Below, piece by piece: positions 8,690 to 18,243 of a stretch of DNA of 64,000 bases; position 1 is the stretch's first letter; every line of letters starts with the position of its first letter. The notes under the pieces are model-generated. The model saw only the letters and a program-made list of their open reading frames with translations. It had not been told where the DNA came from and searched no databases. Source of the stretch: an uncultured Gammaproteobacteria bacterium (lineage in GTDB: Bacteria; Patescibacteriota; Microgenomatia; UBA1406; GWC2-37-13); NCBI GenBank assembly GCA_964407325.1, contig CAYOVA010000005.1, positions 2,996 to 66,995 of the forward strand, written 5' to 3'. Both the position numbers and the translations under genes were made by a program.

Positions 8690-9295
8690 TTACCTGCTTT
8701 TTATTAAAACGTCATGCATTTCTCTCAGTTTTGCTGCAAGGAAAGGAGGTAATTGAGGATTGTCCTTTGCTATTCCCTCTTCAGGATGGCGTAGAACAGC
8801 ACCAACTAATCCATCTAATTCTCGTGCTCTTGAGCTTTCTCGCTTACCATCTTTCCAGGCGGCATAAGACCCTTCAATTATTTTTATATGATGTGGTGTC
8901 TGTTCTTCTAATACGCGATTTGTATTATCAAGTACATCATTTAAAACGCTTGGAAGCAATCCATCTCCTCCATTAATACCATCCAGTCTCCCTTGTACTA
9001 AAGTTCTGGCTGAGGCAATTTCTTCTTGCAGTTTTCTTAACTGTTCTTTTGTGGGTGGTCTACTATATTTTTCAAGTTTCGTTAAGTTAAGAAGTGCTCC
9101 TTCTAAAGCAGGTCTTACTTCGTCAGCGGGTAAAAGAGTTTCTTGTACAGAAATAGCTTCTGAAGTGCTTGCTAGGTACGCTTCACCAGTTGGAGATTGA
9201 CCGGCGTTATTTGCATTTACTTCTAACGGAGGGTTAAGATTTTCAGCTATATCTACCATACTACCGATTGTATTACAAAAGAAAATCATTTTCAA
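8690..9295 (-). CDS. Hypothetical protein (201 aa)
   Basis: Clean ORF, preferred over the overlapping + strand ORF 8653..8976, which is Leu/His-rich and low-complexity. No motif recognised. Confidence 0.5.
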   Translation of the reverse strand: MKMIFFCNTIGSMVDIAENLNPPLEVNANNAGQSPTGEAYLASTSEAISVQETLLPADEVRPALEGALLNLTKLEKYSRPPTKEQLRKLQEEIASARTLVQGRLDGINGGDGLLPSVLNDVLDNTNRVLEEQTPHHIKIIEGSYAAWKDGKRESSRARELDGLVGAVLRHPEEGIAKDNPQLPPFLAAKLREMHDVLIKSR

Positions 9296-9318
9296 ACATT
9301 AAAATATAGGTCTGGAGG

Positions 9319-9864
9319 CTACTTCTCCATTAAAGTGAGCAATTTGGCAATAGTATTCCAGCTTCGTATTGTCATACATTTGTATGCGGGAGTTCCCACA
9401 ATCTTCCCTAGGCGGCTTTTCGTACGTTGTGAACCCAATCGCTGCGAGTAAATTACCCCTTTTCCAGGCCATACTTTGTCGACTCCTTCCCGGGGATTAA
9501 ATACTTTCATTGCTTCATCAACATCGATATCTATGAGGAAAATTGCGTCGCTATAGTATTTTTCCGGCTCTTCACCAAAGCCTTTTGGCTTGTTTTCGAC
9601 AACGCTTTTGAGATACGTTTGCTTCAGCACCAGTACTTTATTTACCATCGGATCCATATGAAATTCATCTGCAAGAATCTTCTCAACATCGGTTTTCACT
9701 GTTTCGGCTCCCTTGGGAGTATCAACAAGAATATTTCCACTGTTAATGTAAGGGGTGACATGCTCATATCCTTTGTTTTCGAGATGATTTTTTAGGGCTG
9801 CCATTGAGACACTGCTTTTCCCGCCGACATTAACCCCGCGGAGAAGAATGCAATAAGTTTTCAT
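9319..9864 (-). CDS. DUF1697 family protein
   Basis: N-terminus MKTYCILLRGVNVGGKSSVSMAALK....G...V..YINSGNIL is the characteristic DUF1697 signature. The ~180-aa length fits. Confidence 0.75.
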   Translation of the reverse strand: MKTYCILLRGVNVGGKSSVSMAALKNHLENKGYEHVTPYINSGNILVDTPKGAETVKTDVEKILADEFHMDPMVNKVLVLKQTYLKSVVENKPKGFGEEPEKYYSDAIFLIDIDVDEAMKVFNPREGVDKVWPGKGVIYSQRLGSQRTKSRLGKIVGTPAYKCMTIRSWNTIAKLLTLMEK

Positions 9865-9870
9865 AGTGAT

Positions 9871-9879
9871 ATTGTAGCA
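9871..9879 (-). promoter_or_regulatory. Extended -10 TGcTACAAT (minus strand), 6 nt upstream of ATG 9864
   Basis: The reverse complement reads aTGcTACAATatcactATG, with no SD. Confidence 0.45.
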
Positions 9880-10043
9880 TTGCGGCGGTATTGAGGGTGA
9901 AAATAAGAGGTTTGGTGCAAATTAAAGTAATTTGAGGCTAAAAAGATGTACTATAGACTTGATTTTATTACTATCCTATAGTATAATCTACCATCGGCCC
10001 TTTAACCTATAGTAGCGCTTAACAGCGCAGAGGAGCAACGGCT

Positions 10044-10637
10044 ATGACCACGCCTACCGCGACCCAGACCTTGGCCACCCCGTTCGTCCAGACCCTGGCC
10101 ATGCTGCGCGACTGCAGCATGGCAGCCTTCGTGACTGGGGTCTACGACCCCGGGACGGAGAAGATGACGTACGACATGGTGGTCTTGGGGATTTCCGGTG
10201 CTCGGTTCATCGTCAAGCGGGACGACCTCCCGTTCAACGCTCGGCTCGGCGACATGTTCGTGGTGAGGCCGACCGGAATCGAGGGGGTGAGCTTCCACCG
10301 ACGCTTCGATCACTACCCGGACGGCAAGCTGCCGTTCACGGGTACGGTCAGGTCGGTGTATAGCCGCGGCTACATGCTCGTCCAGCCGGATCACCCCGCT
10401 CTGTTCCACGCAGCCTCGAACGGCCGCCTGATGGCGCATATCGCCTGGTCGAGCTTTCGCGACCAGATCACCGAAGCCTTCCAGTTCAACTCCGGCGTGC
10501 TGGCCGGGGCGAAGGTGAGGTTCGACCTCAAGGCGCGACAGCTGAGGCAAAGCTGGAAGGACCAGCTCGCCATCGGCATGATCGAGCTCATCGAGCTTGA
10601 TCTCGCCGCGCAAGAGCGGGAGCCGACCTACTACTAG
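10044..10637 (+). CDS. Hypothetical protein encoded in a GC-rich segment
   Basis: 197-aa ORF with strong G/C preference at third codon positions in this frame. GAGGAG SD at 10030..10035, 8 nt before the ATG. The longer antisense ORF is Arg/Gly-rich, typical of a high-GC shadow frame. No family recognised. Confidence 0.6.
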   Translation: MTTPTATQTLATPFVQTLAMLRDCSMAAFVTGVYDPGTEKMTYDMVVLGISGARFIVKRDDLPFNARLGDMFVVRPTGIEGVSFHRRFDHYPDGKLPFTGTVRSVYSRGYMLVQPDHPALFHAASNGRLMAHIAWSSFRDQITEAFQFNSGVLAGAKVRFDLKARQLRQSWKDQLAIGMIELIELDLAAQEREPTYY

Positions 10638-10823
10638 GGTACGTGCCGCCCGCACGCTGGCCACGCAGGCCGAGCAACGCGAGCCCCGGGAGCCCACAAG
10701 GCGCCCGGGGCACTACCCACCCTCCAGAACCTCCAGAAATTCCAAAACCTCCACAACCTCCCCACCCTCCGTAAACCCCCTCTCCCCAAATCAACCTTCA
10801 AATATATAAAAAATAGAATCCTC

Positions 10824-10829
10824 TATAAT
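10824..10829 (+). promoter_or_regulatory. -10 box TATAAT, 7 nt upstream of the MFS ATG (10837)
   Basis: Sequence is cctcTATAATagtttgaATG, with no SD. Confidence 0.4.
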
Positions 10830-10836
10830 AGTTTGA

Positions 10837-12045
10837 ATGTCCCCCTATACCGCAGGTCTTTCAAGAAATATTACTCTTATTTACATAATCCAATTCTTCA
10901 TGGGCCTGGTGTTTATGGTTGCCAACTGGCTGGCATACTATCGCGAATACCTTAGCTTTTCAGAAGTAGGATTTATTGTTGCGCTGGGCTATGCGGTATC
11001 GCTTGTCTTTGAGCTTCCCACTGGTGCTCTTGCGGATCTTATCGGAAGAAAGCGCTCGATGTCGCTTGGCTTTTTTATCGCTGCTATTGGCTACCTTATT
11101 TTTTCATTTGCTACTTCGTTTGCCGGCTTTACCACTGCTACTATTGTTTTTGGCATCGGAATGAGCCTTATTTCTGGTGCTGATACGGCTTTTCTCTACG
11201 ATACGCTTAAAGAACTCAACCGTGAAAAGGAGTTTTCAACGGTGTTTGCAAAAATCGGATTTGTACACAGAATTGGTCTTGCTACGGCAACTTTTGCCGG
11301 CGGGTACTTGTTTACGGTAGGAAGTAATGTACCGTACCTTGCCATGGTCGTGACCCACATCATTATCTTTCTGCTTACTTTTTTCCTTACCGAGCCTAAA
11401 ATCGATTCCGAAAAATTCAGCTTCAACACCTATATTCAGCAAACAAAACTTGGTTTTGCCCAGCTGCTTAAAAACGGCTACGTAAAGCGATTAAGCGTGT
11501 ACTACCTGCTTATTGGTGCTGTTACCTGGTCGTTGCTTACGTATTTCCGACTTCCTTTGGCTTTTGAATTCGGCTACAATCAGCTGCAGATGAGCTGGAT
11601 CCTGGGGGCTTCGTTTGTTATCAGCTCGGTGTTGCTTATCTGGCTGCCTAAATACCCGCGCATCATCAATCCCGCTACCGTATTCTATGGATATCCTATT
11701 CTTATTGCCCTTACCATTGGTCCTTCCGTGATAATGCCGCCATTGGCAGTTCCGCTGGCAATGGTAATAATTCAATTTATCGGAAGTGCCCGTTTTGCCA
11801 TCCTTGATGCCTATACAAACCATGAATTTGAGTCCAAATATCGTGCTACAGCGTTATCTTCACTGAACATGTTGGTAAGTTTCGCTTATATGATCCTCGT
11901 AGGGGGGAGTGGTTATTTGCAGGATCATGTGAGTACAAAAATGCTTATGACAGTACTGGGCGTGGGCACCTTTGTAGTTGTATTACCCTTAGCTGTGTCA
12001 CTGGTGAGGGAGTATGACAAGCATAGTGCTTCTGTATATGGTTAA
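10837..12045 (+). CDS. MFS transporter
   Basis: 402 aa with ~12 hydrophobic segments. The loop 2-3 motif GALADLIGRKRSM (MFS G-x-x-x-D-R/K-x-G-R-R/K) is present. Confidence 0.8.
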   Translation: MSPYTAGLSRNITLIYIIQFFMGLVFMVANWLAYYREYLSFSEVGFIVALGYAVSLVFELPTGALADLIGRKRSMSLGFFIAAIGYLIFSFATSFAGFTTATIVFGIGMSLISGADTAFLYDTLKELNREKEFSTVFAKIGFVHRIGLATATFAGGYLFTVGSNVPYLAMVVTHIIIFLLTFFLTEPKIDSEKFSFNTYIQQTKLGFAQLLKNGYVKRLSVYYLLIGAVTWSLLTYFRLPLAFEFGYNQLQMSWILGASFVISSVLLIWLPKYPRIINPATVFYGYPILIALTIGPSVIMPPLAVPLAMVIIQFIGSARFAILDAYTNHEFESKYRATALSSLNMLVSFAYMILVGGSGYLQDHVSTKMLMTVLGVGTFVVVLPLAVSLVREYDKHSASVYG

Positions 12046-12048
12046 ATG

Positions 12049-12609
12049 TTATTTTGAAGCGGTATTTCGTGGGATACTCATTACGTAGTAGTATCGTGTT
12101 CCAGTTTCATCGGGAATTATTTGAATGCCCTTAAAACCAGAGGCATAGAATAAATTCATACTGTCTGTGTTATCTGGGAATATCATCGCTTCAATTGAGT
12201 CTGTATCCGATTCCCATTCTGCCGGAACAATAGATTTTAGATACTCAACTACACGTCTTCCGATTTTTTTGCCTCGCGCTTCTGCTGTTAAACCAATTCC
12301 TACTGTTATGCGGGCGGGGGAAGTTTCAGTGCGGGGTCTTCGAGAAATAGTAGCTAACCCACAAGGAACAGCTGTTTCGTCTTCACCACTCATTATGGTA
12401 AGTCCTATAATGTTATTGTTGCCTCCAGTTATAGCCTCAAATGTTGGTTTGGGATTTGCCCGTGTTTTTGCACTAAACATACGTTGGAGCCCTTCTTCAG
12501 GGCTTTGTACAAGATTCTCAAAGAAGTTGTAGTCGTTAACGTCCGTTGGACGCACACTGACGGTTGGAAATCCTTCCTGTTCAAGCAATGCTAGTTCCGA
12601 GGTAATCAT
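12049..12609 (-). CDS. GNAT-family N-acetyltransferase (probable)
   Basis: The segment RGKKIGRRVVEYL... (Q/R-x-x-G-x-G/A-like acetyl-CoA loop) followed by N..S..LFYASGFK is typical of a GNAT C-terminus. Confidence 0.6.
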   Translation of the reverse strand: MITSELALLEQEGFPTVSVRPTDVNDYNFFENLVQSPEEGLQRMFSAKTRANPKPTFEAITGGNNNIIGLTIMSGEDETAVPCGLATISRRPRTETSPARITVGIGLTAEARGKKIGRRVVEYLKSIVPAEWESDTDSIEAMIFPDNTDSMNLFYASGFKGIQIIPDETGTRYYYVMSIPRNTASK

Positions 12610-12683
12610 ACTATCTTATAGTATAGCATACATGTAGCAATAATTCAAAAAAAGTAATCATATTGCTTTATACATACCTCCTA

Positions 12684-12691
12684 TGTATAAT
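12684..12691 (+). promoter_or_regulatory. TGTATAAT, 7 nt upstream of ATG 12699
   Basis: Sequence is ctaTGTATAATtaaacgcATG. Confidence 0.4.
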
Positions 12692-12698
12692 TAAACGC

Positions 12699-14615
12699 AT
12701 GAATTTAGAAACCGCTTACATTCATGTTCCTCTCGGCGCGTCTATTCTACGCTCAAAAGACCAAAAAGATTTGCTGCAACAGCAAGAAACCCCGCGTTCT
12801 GTCCGTCATGTGACTATTATCCATCCCGATTCAAAAGCCCATTTTACCGCGAGCTCTCAGCCACTGGGTGTCCAGCAAATTGGTGGGGCTGCAAACGAAC
12901 TGGCGATGACTACTATCGGACGGGTAGAAACCGCAGAAGAAATGGATGTGTTGTGCCAGTACCCCGATCCGGATACCGGAGAAACACGAATGACCGATAT
13001 CCTAGGCATTAGCATGCCTCTTGGATCTTTGGAACTAGTAGAAGAAATGATTTCACGAACGCATACACTCGCTGCTGAAAGGGGCGAAGAATCTCCACTT
13101 ATTGTTCTGGGAGGGTACATCCCTACCTGGATGGGAGGCGATGATCTTACAGCATTCCTGCAAGCACATCCGGGTACGATTGCTGTTCAGATCGGAGGGG
13201 AAAATCCCATGCTCGATATTATCGAACGCCGTCGCCACAATCAGGATTTTCGTGACCTGCCAGGTGTGTGGTATCTCAAAGATGATAACTCGGTAGGGTA
13301 TACTCCCCCCAATGCTCACTACAACACCACACTTTCACCACGTGTTACACCCCATTTGCTGCGCAAACCGGGTGAATTATATGCCGTAAACTGTTCACAG
13401 GGGTGCGAAAAAACTTGTACTTTTTGCACAAGACCTCCGTTAACAGGGGAAATCCCACTTCGTTTGGAAGAACGGATTCTGCGAAACCATGGTGAAACAT
13501 GGGAGCAACGCGATCACGAGCTTATTTTGCAAGAAATTGCGGTTATTGCGCGATTAAACGAAACACCTTCGGGGCAGGGTGCTATTTTTTTCCCTGATGA
13601 AGAATTTTTAGGAACCAGGCCGGAAGATTTTGAACAGGTAGAACTGTTTCTTCAAAAGTGGGAACAAGCACATGCTGAGGGGCGAATCGGCCATGTTCCC
13701 TTTGAGTTTTCAACTCGTTCTGATGTTTTAAACCTCCTAAAAGAAAAAGGAATGGAGGGCATGTTAGCCCGCTTTAAAAAGCTGGGTCTGGAACGGGTAT
13801 TTATTGGATATGAAAGTGCTGTTCCTGCCAATTTTAAGCGCTGGGACAAGTTCCCTATTCCAGGTCAATTAGGAAGATACGGAAAAGGATGCCATCCGGA
13901 CGAACAAATTACTGCTATTCGCTTGCTAGAAGAGCACGGCATTGATGTAGAACTGGGAACGATCTTTTTTGATCCTCTCGTTGATATTGGTGAAATTGAG
14001 CACAACTTTAGAACAATGCGCGATGAGGAATTGGTTTCATACTGCAACACTCCGTTAAGTGAATTACGAGTACAGGCAGGTTCAAACACTCGTGTATTAA
14101 CCAATCGCTTGCTGGTAAAACTAAGACGTGAAGGCCATGTTCCACCAGATACCACCCTATTTACCGATAATTACGATCCATCGCCTATGAGCCATGAATA
14201 TCGGTTTTTACATCCACTTGTTGAAGAACTAATGGCAATTGTGAAGCAGGCTAACCAGGAAACCCACTCCGCACGTAGAGCGGTAAAACAGTTGTTCAGA
14301 ACGGGAATGTATTCGGGTACAGGTGTTTCAGATAACCTCGGCTTGCGAACACTTACCGCCCTCAGTAGGGAGGATGCAAATCTGTTATTGGGAATAACGG
14401 GCTTAATTAGAACGGAAATGGACCGTCGCAGATTACTACTTGAGCAATACGATGTTCTCGCACCGGAACTTACTACTCTTGTCCAGAATTCGGGACTCCT
14501 TCAGCAGTATCGAACGAATCGAAATGCTATCTGGCGGGAGTACGCGGATCACCCTGAAGCAATCGGAAAAGAAGCTGTCGAAGAGATTATCGAGAATAGT
14601 CAGGCAACAGCCTGA
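12699..14615 (+). CDS. Radical SAM protein with N-terminal B12-binding-like domain
   Basis: CX3CX2C cluster motif: NCSQGCEKTCTFCTR (C-EKT-C-TF-C). An upstream Rossmann-like segment PLIVLGGYIPTW resembles a cobalamin-binding domain. IGYESAV is consistent with the radical SAM core. The track start 12663 is a TTG; ATG 12699 is preferred. Confidence 0.7.
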   Translation: MNLETAYIHVPLGASILRSKDQKDLLQQQETPRSVRHVTIIHPDSKAHFTASSQPLGVQQIGGAANELAMTTIGRVETAEEMDVLCQYPDPDTGETRMTDILGISMPLGSLELVEEMISRTHTLAAERGEESPLIVLGGYIPTWMGGDDLTAFLQAHPGTIAVQIGGENPMLDIIERRRHNQDFRDLPGVWYLKDDNSVGYTPPNAHYNTTLSPRVTPHLLRKPGELYAVNCSQGCEKTCTFCTRPPLTGEIPLRLEERILRNHGETWEQRDHELILQEIAVIARLNETPSGQGAIFFPDEEFLGTRPEDFEQVELFLQKWEQAHAEGRIGHVPFEFSTRSDVLNLLKEKGMEGMLARFKKLGLERVFIGYESAVPANFKRWDKFPIPGQLGRYGKGCHPDEQITAIRLLEEHGIDVELGTIFFDPLVDIGEIEHNFRTMRDEELVSYCNTPLSELRVQAGSNTRVLTNRLLVKLRREGHVPPDTTLFTDNYDPSPMSHEYRFLHPLVEELMAIVKQANQETHSARRAVKQLFRTGMYSGTGVSDNLGLRTLTALSREDANLLLGITGLIRTEMDRRRLLLEQYDVLAPELTTLVQNSGLLQQYRTNRNAIWREYADHPEAIGKEAVEEIIENSQATA

Positions 14616-15187
14616 AGCTTCCGTGTCCAGATATGAATATGGGGAAGTTGCTCTATTGATCCGTGAACACCTTGAATTCTTTCTTGTGGGCTTTTGGAAT
14701 AGGGTCGTGTAAAGAGAACAAAATCTTCCGGTGCAAGTCCTCTCTCTTCAAAAAAAGCCGCTAGCTGGCCTGTAATTACTCCCCAATCTACCTCTGGCTC
14801 ATGCCAGAATACAGTGCTTTCTGTATCCTCGGGTAAGTCACTCGGAAACGTATCTTCTGCAAATGCGAACGGCAATCCTTTCAGAAGAGTGCAGCGCACA
14901 TAATCCGCCAGCGATAATCCTGCTGCATTTTCATCAAGCAGTTCGCGAAATTGCATGTAGTGCTGTTGAACTTCGTTCTTTCTATAAACAGTAGCAAGAT
15001 TATGATGAAGAAGATGTCGGGCAGCATATAATTCATCAAAAAGTTCAGGATATAGTACTGCCGCTGGGTGAAATAGCTGTGGTTTACATAGCGTTGCATT
15101 CAGCTGTTCAGTAACCGCAAGTCGTAGCCGATTAGAATAAGCTTCGGGGTAGGTCTGAATATATCCAGAAAAGAGTGTCTCACTCAT
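14600..15187 (-). CDS. Hypothetical protein (possibly DUF3605-like)
   Basis: 195-aa ORF whose 3' end overlaps the radical SAM gene by 16 nt, convergently. The C-terminal LPHIHIW and FPSDLPEDT..VFWHEP loosely recall DUF3605. Not verifiable here. Confidence 0.5.
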   Translation of the reverse strand: MSETLFSGYIQTYPEAYSNRLRLAVTEQLNATLCKPQLFHPAAVLYPELFDELYAARHLLHHNLATVYRKNEVQQHYMQFRELLDENAAGLSLADYVRCTLLKGLPFAFAEDTFPSDLPEDTESTVFWHEPEVDWGVITGQLAAFFEERGLAPEDFVLFTRPYSKSPQERIQGVHGSIEQLPHIHIWTRKLQAVA

Positions 15188-15312
15188 AATAAATGCCTAT
15201 AATAATAAAACTTCTTTTATATAATACAGCAGGAACTAGCAAAGACGTAGGAGGATGCAATGGAACTGCTTGAAGCAGAAGACCGGGCTCGTGAGGAAGC
15301 AGTCTTCAAACA

Positions 15313-16806
15313 TCACTCCGTATTCTCGGGTAGACTATTCTTTGACGCTTTCCGCAACTTATACAAAATCATTTTTTCATTAATAGGCCAGCTCTTTTCT
15401 ACAGTAGACTTTCCAAACGCTGTATATTCCCACATCGTAAGCTGCTTTAACCGTTTATCAGCTGGTACGACAAAATACAGCGTATCAATACTGGCGTAAT
15501 TCGTATACGGTTCAGGCTTTTCACCGACCATTTCAAGGGTATAGCGCAGCGGCATTGCCCGACTGTCATTTTGCGCAAACATGCCAACATTATAGTTCTC
15601 AGCCAAACCTCTGCTGCTTTGTTCAGCCCGAATATATCCAGCCGCTGCTTTAAAATCGCGAATTGCCATGCTCTCTTGTAATGGATGCCGGTCTTTTTCT
15701 ACGTTCCAGGCGAAGATATTCAACACGAAGAGCGCTGCACACACTGTTCCAATAACCATGCGTTTTCCCTGAGCAAGATAGTACAACGCAATTGCGGAAA
15801 GCAATATGAGCGAGGTATGGAAGTTAACAATATAATGCGTTTGCATTTTCCCGCCGTACAAAAGCCCCAATAAAAAAACGAAAACAAACAGCAAACCGAA
15901 CACTTTCAGGTATTTCTTCTCCATAAACTCTGTCTTCAAATAGAGATAACAGGAAGTAGCGGCAATGGTTACAAACCCTAGTAATCCCTGCCAATAGGTA
16001 TGGCCAAATAGTAGCCAGCCTGTTACTTCAGGCCAAACTTGAAACACATTCACAATAGAACGAACAGTCTTTTTCTCCGAAAAAACGTATTGTATAAACA
16101 ACTGGATATTCAGAAACTGGTGGCGGACTTCAAACAGCAAAAAGGGAGAAAGACCGACTACTATTCCGGCTACTAAAGCTCCATAATAACGAAAAGAAAC
16201 CAGGTTCCGCTGAAATAAAACAGGATACAGGACTACCAATACCACCAACGACAAAGAAAGGTAATGCATTTGCATAATACAGCCGAGCAGGATACCCATA
16301 ACAAAACACTTCCATAAAGAGAATCGCTCCAGCACAAACAAGTACAAATACAGAATCAGCGTTGAAAAGAAAACCGCCGGATACGAGTTAAACGCAGCAC
16401 GGGAATAATCAATCATCAGTGGCGAAACTGCAAACAGAAATGCTGCCAGCAGGCCGACTGACTCGTTTTTAACCTTGCGACCAAAAAAGTACAACAAAAT
16501 AATGGTCCCAACCTGCAAAGAAGACTGGAACACTGTACCGGCAACCGGTTGTGCCTGAAACAACCAGTAAAAAGGTACCATTAGGTAGTACACAATGGGG
16601 CCGTTGTAAAACCCACCGACAGAACTAATGGGTCCCAGCAAAGTAAAATCTCCAGAAAGCATATTGCGTACCTGGGTAGAGTCGGAAGCCTGGTCTGCAA
16701 GGAATACTGCGAGTTCTTCCATTTTGTAAAAACGGGCAAAGATACCAATAAGCAGGATAATCCCCAGCAGAATACCAGTGCGGTGTTTCTTCATACGATC
16801 AATCAT
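15313..16806 (-). CDS. GT39/ArnT-like (PMT_2 family) membrane glycosyltransferase
   Basis: 497 aa, polytopic. The N-terminal loop FLADQASDSTQVRNML.GDFTLLGP.SSVGGFYNGPIVYY matches the D-x-D/E first-loop signature of ArnT/PMT-type GT-C enzymes. Confidence 0.7.
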   Translation of the reverse strand: MIDRMKKHRTGILLGIILLIGIFARFYKMEELAVFLADQASDSTQVRNMLSGDFTLLGPISSVGGFYNGPIVYYLMVPFYWLFQAQPVAGTVFQSSLQVGTIILLYFFGRKVKNESVGLLAAFLFAVSPLMIDYSRAAFNSYPAVFFSTLILYLYLFVLERFSLWKCFVMGILLGCIMQMHYLSLSLVVLVVLYPVLFQRNLVSFRYYGALVAGIVVGLSPFLLFEVRHQFLNIQLFIQYVFSEKKTVRSIVNVFQVWPEVTGWLLFGHTYWQGLLGFVTIAATSCYLYLKTEFMEKKYLKVFGLLFVFVFLLGLLYGGKMQTHYIVNFHTSLILLSAIALYYLAQGKRMVIGTVCAALFVLNIFAWNVEKDRHPLQESMAIRDFKAAAGYIRAEQSSRGLAENYNVGMFAQNDSRAMPLRYTLEMVGEKPEPYTNYASIDTLYFVVPADKRLKQLTMWEYTAFGKSTVEKSWPINEKMILYKLRKASKNSLPENTE

Positions 16807-18184
16807 AACATTTCATCAAAAAAATACGATTAATTGAATGTGCAGCCATTATCGGATGTTCGTAATGGAGCTGACAGTCTTTTTTAACCCGCTCAAAATC
16901 AACAATATCGTTTTCCATAATCAGTTTCCTGCCTCCTTCAGACCTTCCGTACAGTACAACAAGCGTTTTAGTATCAAAAACATCCTGGGTAATTGTATGA
17001 GTGTCATAGACCTTTCGTTGAAAGAGTTTGCTATTGGTATCGATAAGTCCGTTAAGCAGCGGAACACCAGAAAGGTACGAAACCAATGGTGCAACATCAA
17101 AAAGACCGTACACATAGTCAGGATGTGCCTTTTGCACCGCTTCAGCAAGTTTTTCAGGCTCTTTGACAAGTATTGACTCCTCCATAGCAAGGTACGATTG
17201 CATATGCAAAAGAAGGGACACTCCACATACTGCAATAAACAGAATCCTTGTTATTTCGAATGGAAAGCGTTGTGTAATGTACTTCCAGGTAACAGGAATA
17301 GTAAGTACGATAAAGGGCAACACGATATTGTAGTAAAAGTAGTACGTGTCCTGGTAAAGGGCAAGAAAAAGCAACGTTATAAGAATAATCAGATTCAATA
17401 GAAGTTGTTTTTGGAGCCGGTACAGCGAAAGGCATGCCAGTGAGAAATAAAGCCAGTTGTCAAACAGAAAGATTTGCAATGCCTCCCAGCGGTCAATGTT
17501 TTCAGGACGGGTGAGGGTATAGCCAAATACATTCTGCATAAAGTCCGTGCGCGCGTACAACAAAGTGGGAACAAACACCACCAGAACGGAAATCCCAAAG
17601 GGCAACACAAAAGACCAGGATTGTAGCTTGCGGGAAACTATATCGTAGATAAGAACTGCAATCACAATTGGTACTGTGTAGCCTTTGGTGGCAAAAGCCA
17701 ATCCAAATAGAACTGCACTTAGGTAAAAACGTTTCTCGCGATACCAATAATACCCGCCTAACGCAAAAAGGGTTGCCGTAAAAGTCCCCGTATTAAACTC
17801 GGTACTTGCAAAAACAAGGGATGAGAATAGGAACAATGTGACTATTAGGCACTGTAATGCAATAGAAACACGTTCTTTTCTTAGCAAAAGTACGATAATC
17901 ACTGCACAGAATCCCGCTTCAATAGCGCTTACTTCAGTAAATGCCAGTAGTGAATGGCGTGTAACCCATACATACAAAGCACAAATATATCCAAACAACG
18001 GCAGATTTGTAAAAAAAATATCTTTGTATAGGAGCTTTCCTTTCAGAACATACTCTCCTAGAACAAAGTAACCGGCAGTATCAGATAGTCTATACGAAAA
18101 TGAAGTAAGCTTTAGTAAAAGGAAGAGTACCGCAATCCCAAAAGGAAGAAATGGTACTATCTTTTTCACCATACACTCTATCAT
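16799..18184 (-). CDS. GT-C-like polytopic membrane protein; paralog of 39062..40426 and 40440..41804
   Basis: Shares with the other two copies the loop motif LYKDIFFTNLPLFGYI (cf. LYKDVFITNTPLMPYL / LYRDIFMTNTPLIPYI), a soluble C-terminal domain (PDYVYG...SY.SG.P..) and the C-terminal KCY. An SD-like GAGGGGGA lies 8 nt before the ATG. Confidence 0.6.
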   Translation of the reverse strand: MIECMVKKIVPFLPFGIAVLFLLLKLTSFSYRLSDTAGYFVLGEYVLKGKLLYKDIFFTNLPLFGYICALYVWVTRHSLLAFTEVSAIEAGFCAVIIVLLLRKERVSIALQCLIVTLFLFSSLVFASTEFNTGTFTATLFALGGYYWYREKRFYLSAVLFGLAFATKGYTVPIVIAVLIYDIVSRKLQSWSFVLPFGISVLVVFVPTLLYARTDFMQNVFGYTLTRPENIDRWEALQIFLFDNWLYFSLACLSLYRLQKQLLLNLIILITLLFLALYQDTYYFYYNIVLPFIVLTIPVTWKYITQRFPFEITRILFIAVCGVSLLLHMQSYLAMEESILVKEPEKLAEAVQKAHPDYVYGLFDVAPLVSYLSGVPLLNGLIDTNSKLFQRKVYDTHTITQDVFDTKTLVVLYGRSEGGRKLIMENDIVDFERVKKDCQLHYEHPIMAAHSINRIFLMKCYD

Positions 18185-18243
18185 ACAATATCCCCCTCAT
18201 TGACACCTTACTCCAATTGCTGTACTCTGAAAAAACATAAACT

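Noticed and set aside
8653-8976. 107-aa plus-strand ORF overlapping 8690..9295
   Set aside because: It is Leu/His/Cys-rich and starts without a promoter-like box. The opposite-strand 201-aa ORF is longer, with more ordinary composition. Only one of the two can be real, and neither has homology support.
10002-10697. 231-aa minus-strand ORF, longer than the plus-strand ORF it overlaps
   Set aside because: The product is Arg/Gly/Ala/His-rich (..GRGRRGHSRCSS..), typical of a shadow frame in high-GC DNA. The + frame 10044..10637 has G/C at third codon positions, an SD and normal composition.
7811-10800. Idea that a genomic island is integrated into the tmRNA 3' end, extending to the first GC-rich segment
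   Set aside because: There is no integrase or recombinase ORF. I saw no downstream direct repeat of the tmRNA 3' end (..GGTTCAATTCCGGGCATCTCCACCA). The intervening genes (8690..9864) have host-like composition.
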